A program made the position numbers and the translations under genes. Under the pieces are notes generated by a model, which was not told the DNA's origin, did not search any database, and worked only from the letters and a program-made list of their open reading frames with translations. A stretch of 30,721 bases of DNA from a candidate division WOR-3 bacterium. GTDB taxonomy: Bacteria > Hydrothermota > Hydrothermia > JBDRYB01. The stretch lies in assembly GCA_039803205.1 (NCBI GenBank), contig JBDRYB010000022.1:1-30721 (forward strand), written 5' to 3'. Shown here piece by piece: positions 17,543 to 26,755 of the stretch (position 1 is the first letter of the stretch; each line of letters opens with the position of its first letter).

Positions 17543-18355
17543 TTAACCCCCTTTTTCTCTTATGAACCGGGCAAGCGCGTGATTGGTCCCGTGCCCGGGC
17601 CTCTCGGCCTCCAATCCCATCCTGAGCCTCGCGCCCAGGAGGGCAAGATCCCCTATCATATCCGCTATTTTGTGCCTTACCGGCTCGTCTGGGAATCGCG
17701 GTTGGTTCATGTAACCATCCTTTTTTATAACAAGGACGCAATCAAGGGAGCCTCCCTTTCCAAGCCCCCTGGAGAGTATCTCCTCTGCCTCCTCGTAGAA
17801 TATGTATGTTCTCGCGGGGGCTATTTCCCTCAGATATGTCTCAGGGTCCATCTTGAACCTGGCCTCTTGTTCTGGTATGAAAGGGTGATCGTATTTTATC
17901 CTGCACGCTATCTCAAGGGAATCGGCTGGATAAACTCTGAACTCAGTCTCTCCGACCCTCAGCACCACCTCCTCGCTTATCGCCACGACCTCTGGTTCGC
18001 CAGGCCCATCCGTCAACCCCGTCTCGGCTATTGCCTCTGCTATGGCCAGGGCAGACCCGTCAAAGAAGGGTATCTCAGGCCCGTAAACTGATATGGTCGC
18101 GTCATCAACACCCATTCCCAAGAGCGCTGATAGGATGTGTTCGGTTGTCATTACGGTCCTGCCCTGGGCTGAAAGATCCGTCCTTCTGTCCGACGAGCTC
18201 ACGAAGTCAAGGCTTGCTGGTATCCTGACCCCTTCGGAAAGGAAAACGATCCCCTGTCCGGGCCCAGATGGACCTATGATCACCGAAGCCTTAGCGCCCG
18301 TGTGAACCCCAATGCCCTCAAGCCTGATCTCGTTTTTTAGGGTCTTCCGAGGCAT
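17543..18355 (-). CDS. lpxC: UDP-3-O-acyl-N-acetylglucosamine deacetylase
   Basis: GIGVHTG, TEHILSAL, PFFDGS, IAPART, EPVRHK.AD.IGD and GH..N motifs. Confidence 0.96.
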   Translation of the reverse strand: MPRKTLKNEIRLEGIGVHTGAKASVIIGPSGPGQGIVFLSEGVRIPASLDFVSSSDRRTDLSAQGRTVMTTEHILSALLGMGVDDATISVYGPEIPFFDGSALAIAEAIAETGLTDGPGEPEVVAISEEVVLRVGETEFRVYPADSLEIACRIKYDHPFIPEQEARFKMDPETYLREIAPARTYIFYEEAEEILSRGLGKGGSLDCVLVIKKDGYMNQPRFPDEPVRHKIADMIGDLALLGARLRMGLEAERPGHGTNHALARFIREKGG

Positions 18356-19349
18356 CCTCTAGCCTCCTCAGCCTCTCGTATATCTCGGGGAGCTTGTAGA
18401 AAAGGGCCATGCACTTGAGAAAAAGAGCCCTTTCCCTTGCCGGAACCCCGGATGAATAGATCGCTCCAGAAGGGACATTTGAAGAGACCCCCGATTTTGC
18501 GGTGATTATTGCCCCGTCTCCGACCGTCAGGTGATCCGCTATGCCCACCTGACCACCCAACAGGACCCTGCGTCCAAGCGTGGAGGAGCCTGCTATGCCT
18601 GCCTGAGCGGCTATTGCGGTTCCATCGCCTATGCGGACATTGTGCCCGACCTGAACGAGGTTGTCTATCTTCGTTCCCCTGGCTATCCTGGTCTCTCCAA
18701 CCGTTGCCCTGTCTATGCATGCACAAGCGCCTATCTCGCAATCATCCTCAATAACGACCCTCCCAACCTGGGGTATTCTCAGGAAACCCTCCTCCGTTTG
18801 CACGAAACCGAATCCCTCATAGCCTATAACCGCGTTCGGCCCGACAAGGACCCTGGACCCTATCTCGCAAAGATCACCGATATATGCACCCGGCATTATA
18901 ACGCACTCATCGCCTATCCGAGCGCCCCGGCCTATGTAGCAGTTGGAATAGACGACCGAGCCTCGGCCTACAGACGCCTCTGTTGCTATGTAAGCGAATG
19001 CTCCTACCCTGACCCCTTCTCCAAGAAGCACATCCTCTTCAACAAAGGCATCCGGATGTATTCCGGGCCGGGGAAGGTGGGTTTCCTTGAAGGCCCGGAG
19101 GGCCCTTGCCATGGCAAGTCTTCCATCGGGAACGAGTATTATAGCTTCAGCGTTTATACCCTCGGGAGAAAGGGTGGTTATCACTGTGCAGAACCTTTTG
19201 CCTTTGGATTCTCTAAGCTTCGCCTCATCCAGAAGGAAAACCAGATCACCCGATCCCGCTGAGCTTGGCTCGGCAACCCCGAGGACCTCGCGTTCCGGAT
19301 CCCCCAAGAGGGTGCCTCCGGTCAATTCGGCTAAATCTCTCGCTTTCAC
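18318..19349 (-). CDS. lpxD: UDP-3-O-(3-hydroxyacyl)glucosamine N-acyltransferase
   Basis: Hexapeptide repeats, GFGF, IPQVG.V.IEDD.EIGA, IDRA and KIDNLVQVGHNV motifs. Start moved to GTG 19349, 6 nt after TATAAT (19361-19356), matching the typical LpxD N-terminus. Confidence 0.96.
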   Translation of the reverse strand: MKARDLAELTGGTLLGDPEREVLGVAEPSSAGSGDLVFLLDEAKLRESKGKRFCTVITTLSPEGINAEAIILVPDGRLAMARALRAFKETHLPRPGIHPDAFVEEDVLLGEGVRVGAFAYIATEASVGRGSVVYSNCYIGRGARIGDECVIMPGAYIGDLCEIGSRVLVGPNAVIGYEGFGFVQTEEGFLRIPQVGRVVIEDDCEIGACACIDRATVGETRIARGTKIDNLVQVGHNVRIGDGTAIAAQAGIAGSSTLGRRVLLGGQVGIADHLTVGDGAIITAKSGVSSNVPSGAIYSSGVPARERALFLKCMALFYKLPEIYERLRRLEDASEDPKKRDQA

Positions 19350-19448
19350 GGGAAAATTATAACACAGAGGAGGGATCTGTTTCAGCCTCGCACTCTGGCA
19401 GGCCAAAAGTAGTTGTCCGGCCCCTGATCCTTGCTTTATTCTTTGCTC

Positions 19449-19934
19449 ATGAGGAACAGGGGTAATTTGATTCTCATCGTTCTCTTCTTTGCCCTCCTGT
19501 CTTTTGCTCTTTGGAGGTTCTTTTCAGTCAAAGAAGAGCTCATGGTGACCAGGGTCACTGAGAACATGTATTCTCTCCAGGGAAAACTTGAAGAGTTCAA
19601 GACCCTTGTTGGCGCTTATCCGGTTGATCTGGCCCTGACCGTGGGCGAGGCGGCAGATACCCTTGAGAGCGATTACTCGGTCGGAGATGATCTTGAAACA
19701 TCTGGACTTGAAAACCCCTTTGGCGGCGATGTTTTGCTCGTTCTTGCGCCAGGATCGGAACCGCCACCAGAAGCAAAGCCCGGCCTCGTTGTATATGTGC
19801 CCATAGATACCCTGCCTGGTGGTAAGCTAGCGAGGTCATACAAAATAGCAGGATACAACAGGTCAGGCCACAGGCTTGGCCTCGTGCTCTCGCCCCCCGA
19901 TACCTCAGGAGAGGGGGTGCCGGTGGAAAGATGA
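19449..19934 (+). CDS. Pilin/pseudopilin-like (GspG-like) membrane-anchored protein
   Basis: MRNRG, a hydrophobic helix, an amphipathic helix ending in G.YP, and NPF. Start moved to ATG 19449 (TTGTCC-18-TATTCT-6 nt-ATG). Confidence 0.55.
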   Translation: MRNRGNLILIVLFFALLSFALWRFFSVKEELMVTRVTENMYSLQGKLEEFKTLVGAYPVDLALTVGEAADTLESDYSVGDDLETSGLENPFGGDVLLVLAPGSEPPPEAKPGLVVYVPIDTLPGGKLARSYKIAGYNRSGHRLGLVLSPPDTSGEGVPVER

Positions 19935-21118
19935 AACAGCACATCAGGTCCGCGCTTGAAACTGGTATCTCTTGGAGGGGACTGATCTATGGCAACATCG
20001 CCGTGACGATAATCGCCGCGCTTGTTTCTGTTTTCGTTGCCCCATACAGATATACGGCCCAGTCCGTCCTCATGCCATCCATTGATGAGGGAACCCTCGT
20101 TCTTCTTGGCGGGAGCACCCCTTCGGTCGGTGGGATGGGCACCGTGATAGCTGCCGGCGGTGTTTTTACTACCCCTTCGGACATTTACTATGACCTGCTG
20201 AACTCACGCTCTGTCAAAGAAAGCCTCATCGTCTGTCTCAGGCTTGACAAGTATTACAAGGCAAAGACCATGGATGATGCCCTGATCCTCCTTGATAGCC
20301 ATCTCTCTAGCAGGATAACTCCCTCCGGAATGATAGTCCTTGAATATACGGACAGAGACCCGAAATTGGCAACCGAGGCCCTTGACACCTTGATCGGCAT
20401 AGTTGATGCCTTCAATCAGCGCCTCATAGTCACAAAAGGCGCAAAGATGCGCGTATTTCTTGAAGGGAGGATAGCCGAGCTGGAGGATTCCATGAGGAGC
20501 GTTGAGGATTCTCTCAGGCGTTTTCAGTCCAAATATAAAACCACAGGCCTCCCAGAGGAGCTATCCGGCATAATCTCCGCTTATTCCCAAATAAAGGCCC
20601 AGCTCATCACCAAGAGATACATACTTGAGTCCATGCTACAATACGCCCAACCAGATCATCCGGATGTGATAGCCCTGAGAAGGGACATAGCCAGCCTTGA
20701 AGCCCAGCTGGCCAAAATGGAAAAAGGAGGGGTGGGAGGGTTTGGCGCTGGGTTTGGGGTTGCGTTTGATAGCCTTCCAGATGTCATGATTGAGCTGGCG
20801 AGGCTCCAGAGAGAGATAGAAACCCAATCCGAGGTCTATGCTGTTCTCTTGGAGGAATACGAGAAGGCAAAAATGCTTGAAAAGCGAGATGCCCCGACCA
20901 TACAGATCGTTGATCCACCAAGGGTTCCCCAGAAAAGGGCATGGCCAAAGAGAACCATCTTCATGATAGCGGCCGCGATGGGAGCTTTTCTCATCTCATT
21001 CTGCATGGCCATTTACGCTGAAGGGCTTGAGCGTCTCATGGCCAGGATGGATAGCCCCGTGGCCAATACTATAAGGACCATCGCCAGGGACTTCGCTTTC
21101 TGGAGGAGGAGGAAATGA
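19931..21118 (+). CDS. Polysaccharide co-polymerase / chain-length determinant (Wzz/GNVR domain, no kinase)
   Basis: Two terminal TMs, P.Y.A, L.SR, D.DP..A, a coiled coil with HPDV, and a C-terminal IVDPP.VP....WPKR proline motif. Confidence 0.88.
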   Translation: MKQHIRSALETGISWRGLIYGNIAVTIIAALVSVFVAPYRYTAQSVLMPSIDEGTLVLLGGSTPSVGGMGTVIAAGGVFTTPSDIYYDLLNSRSVKESLIVCLRLDKYYKAKTMDDALILLDSHLSSRITPSGMIVLEYTDRDPKLATEALDTLIGIVDAFNQRLIVTKGAKMRVFLEGRIAELEDSMRSVEDSLRRFQSKYKTTGLPEELSGIISAYSQIKAQLITKRYILESMLQYAQPDHPDVIALRRDIASLEAQLAKMEKGGVGGFGAGFGVAFDSLPDVMIELARLQREIETQSEVYAVLLEEYEKAKMLEKRDAPTIQIVDPPRVPQKRAWPKRTIFMIAAAMGAFLISFCMAIYAEGLERLMARMDSPVANTIRTIARDFAFWRRRK

Positions 21119-21348
21119 TCCAGGCTATCATCTGGTTCGCGCTGGCACTCATTTTTGGCGTCGTATACACGCTTTTCAGGGCGAGGTGGTGGCTTTACCT
21201 CTCGGTTATCTTCCTGGATAATACCCTGCTGGCCGCGCTTGGCCTCGATAACACCACCCAGCTTATCAGCCTCGGCCTGCTCATAGTAGGGTTCGTCGTC
21301 CTGGACCTCCTGATATTCAAACGCAAGAAGCCCGTTTCCTCCGGGTAA
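21115..21348 (+). CDS. Small hypothetical membrane protein (about 3 TM)
   Basis: Hydrophobic 77-aa ORF with a GGAGG RBS and ATGA overlap with the upstream gene. Confidence 0.65.
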   Translation: MIQAIIWFALALIFGVVYTLFRARWWLYLSVIFLDNTLLAALGLDNTTQLISLGLLIVGFVVLDLLIFKRKKPVSSG

Positions 21349-21369
21349 ATCTGAGGGGGCCGCGCGTTC

Positions 21370-21399
21370 TTGATCCTCCGTTTTGCTTGACTCTATAAT
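21370..21399 (+). promoter_or_regulatory. Promoter of acpP-fabF-rnc
   Basis: TTGATC, 18 bp, TATAAT, followed by an AAGGAG RBS. Confidence 0.72.
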
Positions 21400-21425
21400 T
21401 TTGGCCCAACCAAAGGAGCGTTAAC

Positions 21426-21662
21426 ATGGCTACAGCGGATAGACTGAGAGATATAATCGTTGAGGAACTCGGGGTCTCCCCGGAGGAAATCAAGCCGGAG
21501 TCCAGGTTCATAGAGGACCTTGGCGCTGATTCCATAGGCCTGATGGAGCTGGTCATGAAGCTTGAAGAGGAGTTCGGCCTCAAGATACCCGATGAGGACA
21601 TAGAGAAAATAAGGACTTTCGGCGACGCGACCCGATACATAGAAGAGAAACTGGGGGCTTGA
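21426..21662 (+). CDS. acpP: Acyl carrier protein
   Basis: F.EDLGADS..MELVM.LEEEF...IPDED motif. Upstream of fabF. Confidence 0.96.
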   Translation: MATADRLRDIIVEELGVSPEEIKPESRFIEDLGADSIGLMELVMKLEEEFGLKIPDEDIEKIRTFGDATRYIEEKLGA

Positions 21663-22894
21663 TGCGCCGGGTCGCGGTCACGGGCCTGGGGGCCCTTACT
21701 CCCCTGGGAGATGAGGTAAGGACTTATTGGGCAGGTCTACTAGAGGGTGCCAACGGCATCCACAGGGTTGAGAAGTTTGACCCATCGGAGTTCTATTGCC
21801 AGATAGCCGCTCAGATAAGGGAGTTTAAGCCGGAAAAGCGCCTTGATCCCAAGGAGATAAGGAAACAGGACCCTTACGCGGTATACGCTCTATACGCGGC
21901 AGATGAGGCCGTAAGGGACTCCGGTATCCTTGAAGCCGGGATTGACAAAACAAGGGCAGGGGTTATCATAGCCTCTGGAATAGGCGGCATAGGAACCCTT
22001 GAAAGGGAGCAGGCCGTTCTCCTTGAAAAGGGCCCAGGGAGGGTTTCGCCATACCTCGTCCCAACCATGATCCCTGACATGGCCTCCGGCCTCGTTTCCA
22101 TGAAATACGGCCTCATGGGGCCTAACTTCTGCGTTGTATCCGCATGCGCTTCTTCCTCTCACGCTATTGGCGTTGCTATGAGGGCAATCCAGTATGGGGA
22201 AGCTGACCTCATGATCACCGGAGGCTCTGAGGCACCGATAACACCCTTATCCCTCGCGGGATTCAGCTCAATGAGGGCACTTTCCTCCAGGAACAGCGAG
22301 CCAGAGAGAGCATCAAGGCCGTTTGACGCCGAGAGGGATGGGTTTGTTATGGGAGAGGGCGCGGGGATAGTGATCCTTGAGGAGCTTGAGCACGCCAAGA
22401 AGCGTGGGGCAAGGATATACGCGGAGTTGGTCGGCTACGCGGCTACAGCTGACGCGCATCACATAACCGCACCCCATCCGGAGGGCCTGGGCGCTTATCT
22501 CGTAATGAAGAGAGCCCTTGAGGACGCGAAAATTAGCCCTGACGAGATTGACTACATAAACGCCCACGGAACATCAACCCCTCTGAACGACAAGGTTGAG
22601 ACGGATGCGATAAAAAAGCTCTTCGGCCAGAGGGCTTACAAGCTTGCAATAAGCTCAACCAAGTCCATGATAGGCCACCTTCTTGGAGCCTCTGGGGCCG
22701 TTGAGTTCATAGCAACTGTGCTTTCGGTTTATCACGGGGTCGTTCATCCAACGAGGAACTACGAGAAACCCGATCCTGATTGCGACCTGGATTATGTTCC
22801 CGGTTCGGCCAGAGAAATGCCCATACGGGCCGCAATGTCAAATTCTTTTGGTTTTGGGGGGCACAACGCCTGCCTGGTCGTCAAGAAGATATAA
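21662..22894 (+). CDS. fabF: 3-oxoacyl-ACP synthase II
   Basis: RRVAVTGLG, SACASS (Cys), NAHGTST (His), KSMIGHLLGA (His) and SNSFGFGGHN motifs. The ATG overlaps the acpP TGA. Confidence 0.97.
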   Translation: MRRVAVTGLGALTPLGDEVRTYWAGLLEGANGIHRVEKFDPSEFYCQIAAQIREFKPEKRLDPKEIRKQDPYAVYALYAADEAVRDSGILEAGIDKTRAGVIIASGIGGIGTLEREQAVLLEKGPGRVSPYLVPTMIPDMASGLVSMKYGLMGPNFCVVSACASSSHAIGVAMRAIQYGEADLMITGGSEAPITPLSLAGFSSMRALSSRNSEPERASRPFDAERDGFVMGEGAGIVILEELEHAKKRGARIYAELVGYAATADAHHITAPHPEGLGAYLVMKRALEDAKISPDEIDYINAHGTSTPLNDKVETDAIKKLFGQRAYKLAISSTKSMIGHLLGASGAVEFIATVLSVYHGVVHPTRNYEKPDPDCDLDYVPGSAREMPIRAAMSNSFGFGGHNACLVVKKI

Positions 22895-22900
22895 GAGGTC

Positions 22901-23548
22901 TTGACCAGCAATAAAACAGCTCTCATCTGGCTGGAGCGGCTCCCGTCAGATCTGAGAGAGAAGGTCTTCCTTCACCCATCAGCGGGAGGCAAGGATTTCT
23001 ATAGGCTCGCCTTTTACGGGGATAGCATCCTTGAGCTTTATATAAGAAGAAACCTTTACCATAGGTATCCAAACGAGGATGTCGGCTCCCTATCAAAGCG
23101 TAGAGCTGTTCTCGCTTCCACTAGGGCACTCGCTTTCTTGGCGGAAAGATGGGGCCTTGTGCCCCTGCTCATCTATCAGGAGGGAGAAAGCCCCTCGGAA
23201 TACACCCTGGCGAGCCTCGCTGAGGCGTTCGTGGGCGCTTTGGCAATAGCCGCAGGCTTCTCGGTTTTTGAATTTCTTGAGAAGGCCTTCATGCCTTGCT
23301 GGGATGAGATACTCACCAGCATGGCAGATTACAAGAGCCTCGTTCAGGACCTTCTCGTAAAGCGGGGCCAAAAAGCTGATTACAGGATTTTGGGCAAGGA
23401 GGGGCCAGACCACTCTCCCATTTACACTGTCGCGTTAATCATAGATGGGAGGGAGTTTAGCGAGGGAATCGGCAGATCAATCAAGGAAGCGGAGCAGGCC
23501 GCATCCGAGGCCTTCCTTGAGAAAGCCGCTCTCTCGGGAGGGGATTAG
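22901..23548 (+). CDS. rnc: Ribonuclease III (divergent active site) with a C-terminal dsRBD
   Basis: H.S, RLAFYGDSIL, G.LS..RA, EAFVGA and dsRBD DYKS..Q...GPDH...G.S.KEAEQAA motifs. Conserved acpP-fabF-rnc synteny. Confidence 0.88.
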   Translation: MTSNKTALIWLERLPSDLREKVFLHPSAGGKDFYRLAFYGDSILELYIRRNLYHRYPNEDVGSLSKRRAVLASTRALAFLAERWGLVPLLIYQEGESPSEYTLASLAEAFVGALAIAAGFSVFEFLEKAFMPCWDEILTSMADYKSLVQDLLVKRGQKADYRILGKEGPDHSPIYTVALIIDGREFSEGIGRSIKEAEQAASEAFLEKAALSGGD

Positions 23549-23586
23549 CCCAAATAGGGGCTTTCGGAGCTCGATCGGTTTTGAGC

Positions 23587-24462
23587 CTAAAGTAATCCAA
23601 GCCCCTTCAAGAAATCCTTGTCCTTACGCCAACCCGGCCTTACCTTTACCCTGAGCTCAAGATATACCCTCTTGCCGAGGAGATATTCCAGCTCCTCCCT
23701 AGCGAGGGTTCCTATTTCCTTTATCGTTCTGCCCCCTTTTCCGAGAACGATCGGTTTCTGGCTTTCCCTCTCAACATATATTATCGCTAGTATTCGCGCG
23801 ATGCCCTCTTCCTCCTTGAAATCCTCTATCTCAACAGCAGAGGAATACGGCAATTCCTCCCTTAGCCTCAGAAATATCTTCTCGCGGATTATTTCTCCAG
23901 CAAAAAACCGCAGGTCCCTGTCGGATAGCTCGTCCTCAGGGTAAAGCGGTTCGCCCTCCGGGAGATATTCAAGAAGTTCCTTTAATAACACATCAAGCCC
24001 ATCGCCCCTCTCAGCTGATATTGGGATTATCTCCATAAATTCCATGAGCTTTGAGTATTCGTCAATCAAAGGAAGCAGGGAATCCTTTGGGACTCTGTCT
24101 ATCTTGTTTATCGCCAGAAGGACCGGCTTCTTGAGCCCTCTCAGACGGTCTATTATCAGCAGGTCGCGGTTGTCAGGCCTCCCCGGCTCCGTGATCATCA
24201 GGACGAGATCGGCCTGATCAACGGTTGACCATGATTCCTTATCCATGGCAACATGTAGGAGGTTTATCTTGCGTTCCAGAACGCCCGGGGTGTCAAGGAA
24301 CCCGATCTGAAATTCTCTCGTTGTGAGGACTCCAAGTATCCTCTGCCTGGTCGTCTGGGGCTTCGGCGATACCGCGCCCAGCTTCGTGCCAACCAGGCGG
24401 TTTATCAGGGTTGTCTTGCCGACATTTGGCTTGCCTATAACCGCGACGAAACCAACCTTCAC
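23587..24462 (-). CDS. era: GTPase Era
   Basis: GFVAVIGKPNVGKT, PQTTR, DTPG, NKID, ISA and KH domain (EELPY, ERESQK.IVLGKGG..IK.IG). Start moved to GTG 24462. Confidence 0.97.
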   Translation of the reverse strand: MKVGFVAVIGKPNVGKTTLINRLVGTKLGAVSPKPQTTRQRILGVLTTREFQIGFLDTPGVLERKINLLHVAMDKESWSTVDQADLVLMITEPGRPDNRDLLIIDRLRGLKKPVLLAINKIDRVPKDSLLPLIDEYSKLMEFMEIIPISAERGDGLDVLLKELLEYLPEGEPLYPEDELSDRDLRFFAGEIIREKIFLRLREELPYSSAVEIEDFKEEEGIARILAIIYVERESQKPIVLGKGGRTIKEIGTLAREELEYLLGKRVYLELRVKVRPGWRKDKDFLKGLGLL

Positions 24463-24512
24463 GGGGAAATTATAAAGTGAGGCGATATGACAGAGCCCCA
24501 TATAATTTGAGG

Positions 24513-25127
24513 GTGAACGGGTTCATTTCTGACCTTTCTGGTGCGCTTGAGATGCTTACAGCTATCTCTGGAATTTCTCTTACTATCTATGTCATGTTCT
24601 TCTCGTGGTCCCGCGTTCTCTTCAAAAGGGCGCTTGATTTTGGCTTCAGCCACCAACCCCTGGGCATACTGCTTTTCATCCTTTACTTATGCTTGTTCTT
24701 CATAATCGGAGCGACCATACTTTTCCCTTTCTCTGTGAGGACTGACGCGAGGAAAGAGGCTGATCTCAAGTATCTTTACTCAGTCGCGGCCATGGGCCTC
24801 GGTCCGTGGCTTGATGTTCTCGTAACATCCATAAAGGAAGGTTTCGGCCCGCTCAACATTGATAGGGTCGCGGTCATGTACATAGGGGTGGGCGCTTTAG
24901 CCATGCTCCTGGCCGCCTTATCAGGTAAGGCTCCCTCAAAAAGAGGGGCTTTTGCCGTCGCTTCCGTAGCTTTTGCTGGCTTCGCAACGCTTTACGCCGG
25001 ATTGTGGATTGCCGGCGGCATGGGAAACCTCTTCGGCATCCTGGTTTGGCACGGGGTCATGCTATATTCGGGATTCTCGGCGTTTCAGGAGTGGTTATGG
25101 TTCATGCGGGAACGCTCATCCCGATGA
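24513..25127 (+). CDS. Hypothetical multi-pass membrane protein
   Basis: About 6 hydrophobic segments. Start moved to GTG 24513, 6 nt after TATAAT (24501-24506). Confidence 0.65.
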   Translation: MNGFISDLSGALEMLTAISGISLTIYVMFFSWSRVLFKRALDFGFSHQPLGILLFILYLCLFFIIGATILFPFSVRTDARKEADLKYLYSVAAMGLGPWLDVLVTSIKEGFGPLNIDRVAVMYIGVGALAMLLAALSGKAPSKRGAFAVASVAFAGFATLYAGLWIAGGMGNLFGILVWHGVMLYSGFSAFQEWLWFMRERSSR

Positions 25128-26696
25128 ACTGAAGATTCTCCTTCTGAGCCTGTTGTAATACTCCCTGTATTCCTCAATATAGTGGTCATCAATTATCTCG
25201 GGTAGAAGCTCATCCTTTGCTATGGAGCGAGCGAGGGAGAGGTTCTCCACCCTATCATCCGTATCCTGAGCCGCATCCGCCTTTCTAATCAAGAGTTCCA
25301 GCTCATCAAGGTCTGTCCAGACATCCTCAAGCTGGTAGAAGTCCCGTCGCTTGGTCAAGAGCTCGGGCCTGCCTATGCCCTTCCTTATGGTATATATAAC
25401 GGAGTAAAGCCCCTCTCGGGACCTCTCATCGTATTTTCTTCTCGGCCAGAGAAGGTAAAACAAGTGATCCTGGGGCAGGCGGTGCTTTGGCGAAAGAAGG
25501 AGGTAAACGAGGGCTCTGGCCGCCTTTTTTCTGCGCCAACTCCCGATGGGTATCTCCTTTCCATCAACGAGAACCCTCATTTCCCCGATCAGATAAGCCC
25601 TTATGCTGTGCTCGTTTCCCCTTCCAGAACCGCTGGTCAACAGAGGGTAGATCTCAGTTAGAAACCTCCCGAGCAGGGGATCCTTTCTGAAGCCCGGGTG
25701 CGCAGGAGCCAGGGGCGCGAGAAACCTGAGAATCTTAGCGAAAAGGGGACTTTCTATTTGCCATGCGATCTGCGCTGATAGCAATCCGGATGTGAACGCC
25801 TCAAGAAGGTGATAGGCCCTTTTGTAGCCACCAGCGGCCTCAAATAGCATGGAACAACACTTCTCGTTGTCTGGATTGTTCAAGGCCTGAATCGCCTGAG
25901 CCGCGGCCTGCTCCCCCCATGAGCCCTTCACCCCTAGGCTCAAACAGGCGCTTATTAACCTCCTGGGAGGCTTTGGGAGTCCAGCGAGCCTTGAAAGCTC
26001 AAGCGCTTTAGCGCAAGGAAAAGCAGAATAGGCCGCACCAAGCCGGACCATACCCTCAGCTGACTCCTCATAACAAGCCATGGCCTCTTCAAGCCTGCCC
26101 ATGAGCCTCAGGGCAAGCCCTTTTATTTCAATTGAGCCGAAGTAATAGAACCTCTTGTCCTCTGAATGTCTCAAGGTCTTAATGATCCTGAGGACCTTAT
26201 CTGGCTCTCCTTTTATGATCTCCAGAAAGGCGAGGTGGTATCTAGCGTAGTAATCATCAGGCAGTTCCTTGTTTTTCAGAGCGGATTTTATCTCCTTATA
26301 GAGGAGCTCGTATTCTCCGCGACAGAACCTTATGTGCAAGAGATTCGTTCGCGCCCTGAATACTCCATCCTTGTCCCCAATTGCCTCGCTTGCCTCAAGG
26401 TCCCGGAGGTGGTAGTTCTCGGATGCTTCTATTTCGCCCATCATTGAGTATGCGATACCAAGAGCATTGAAAAGAAATGGTGCCAGATCAGGCCTTCCGG
26501 CCACAGCTGAGAATAACCTCGGCCCCCTCCTTACCACCTCAGGGGAACGGAACTGAAAGGCCATTACCAGGAGCCTGAGAACTTTGTGTGCGAGGGGGTC
26601 CTGAGCCTCAAGCTCCCTCATGTAATCTGCGAGCTCCTTGGTCCTCCCAGCCCGAAAGAGCTCCATCCCACGCCTCAGACTCTCGGCCCCGTTCAC
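25116..26696 (-). CDS. TPR-repeat transcriptional regulator with a C-terminal OmpR/SARP-type winged helix and truncated BTAD (paralog 1)
   Basis: TPR-like helices (NALGIAYSMMGE, GLALRLMGRLEEA..CYEE) and the C-terminal G...V.VDG.EI...WR.KKA...L.YLLL...LLWP...LY..I..IRK...VWTD...ELLP pattern. Start GTG 26696 (TTGAAT-18-TATAAT-6 nt). Confidence 0.8.
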   Translation of the reverse strand: MNGAESLRRGMELFRAGRTKELADYMRELEAQDPLAHKVLRLLVMAFQFRSPEVVRRGPRLFSAVAGRPDLAPFLFNALGIAYSMMGEIEASENYHLRDLEASEAIGDKDGVFRARTNLLHIRFCRGEYELLYKEIKSALKNKELPDDYYARYHLAFLEIIKGEPDKVLRIIKTLRHSEDKRFYYFGSIEIKGLALRLMGRLEEAMACYEESAEGMVRLGAAYSAFPCAKALELSRLAGLPKPPRRLISACLSLGVKGSWGEQAAAQAIQALNNPDNEKCCSMLFEAAGGYKRAYHLLEAFTSGLLSAQIAWQIESPLFAKILRFLAPLAPAHPGFRKDPLLGRFLTEIYPLLTSGSGRGNEHSIRAYLIGEMRVLVDGKEIPIGSWRRKKAARALVYLLLSPKHRLPQDHLFYLLWPRRKYDERSREGLYSVIYTIRKGIGRPELLTKRRDFYQLEDVWTDLDELELLIRKADAAQDTDDRVENLSLARSIAKDELLPEIIDDHYIEEYREYYNRLRRRIFSSSG

Positions 26697-26731
26697 TATG
26701 ATATTATATCGGCTGGGAAGAAGGGGATTCA

Positions 26732-26755
26732 ATCTGTGTCAGATCAGTGTCAGAT
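26732..26755. repeat. 11-bp-period direct repeat, candidate winged-helix operator
   Basis: ATCTGTGTCAG / ATCAGTGTCAG / AT (10/11 identical), abutting the -35 box (26727-26732) of paralog 1. Confidence 0.6.

Noticed and set aside
23546..23590. Short hairpins between convergent rnc and era as a terminator
   Set aside because: The stems are only 5-6 bp with weak U tracts, too weak to call.
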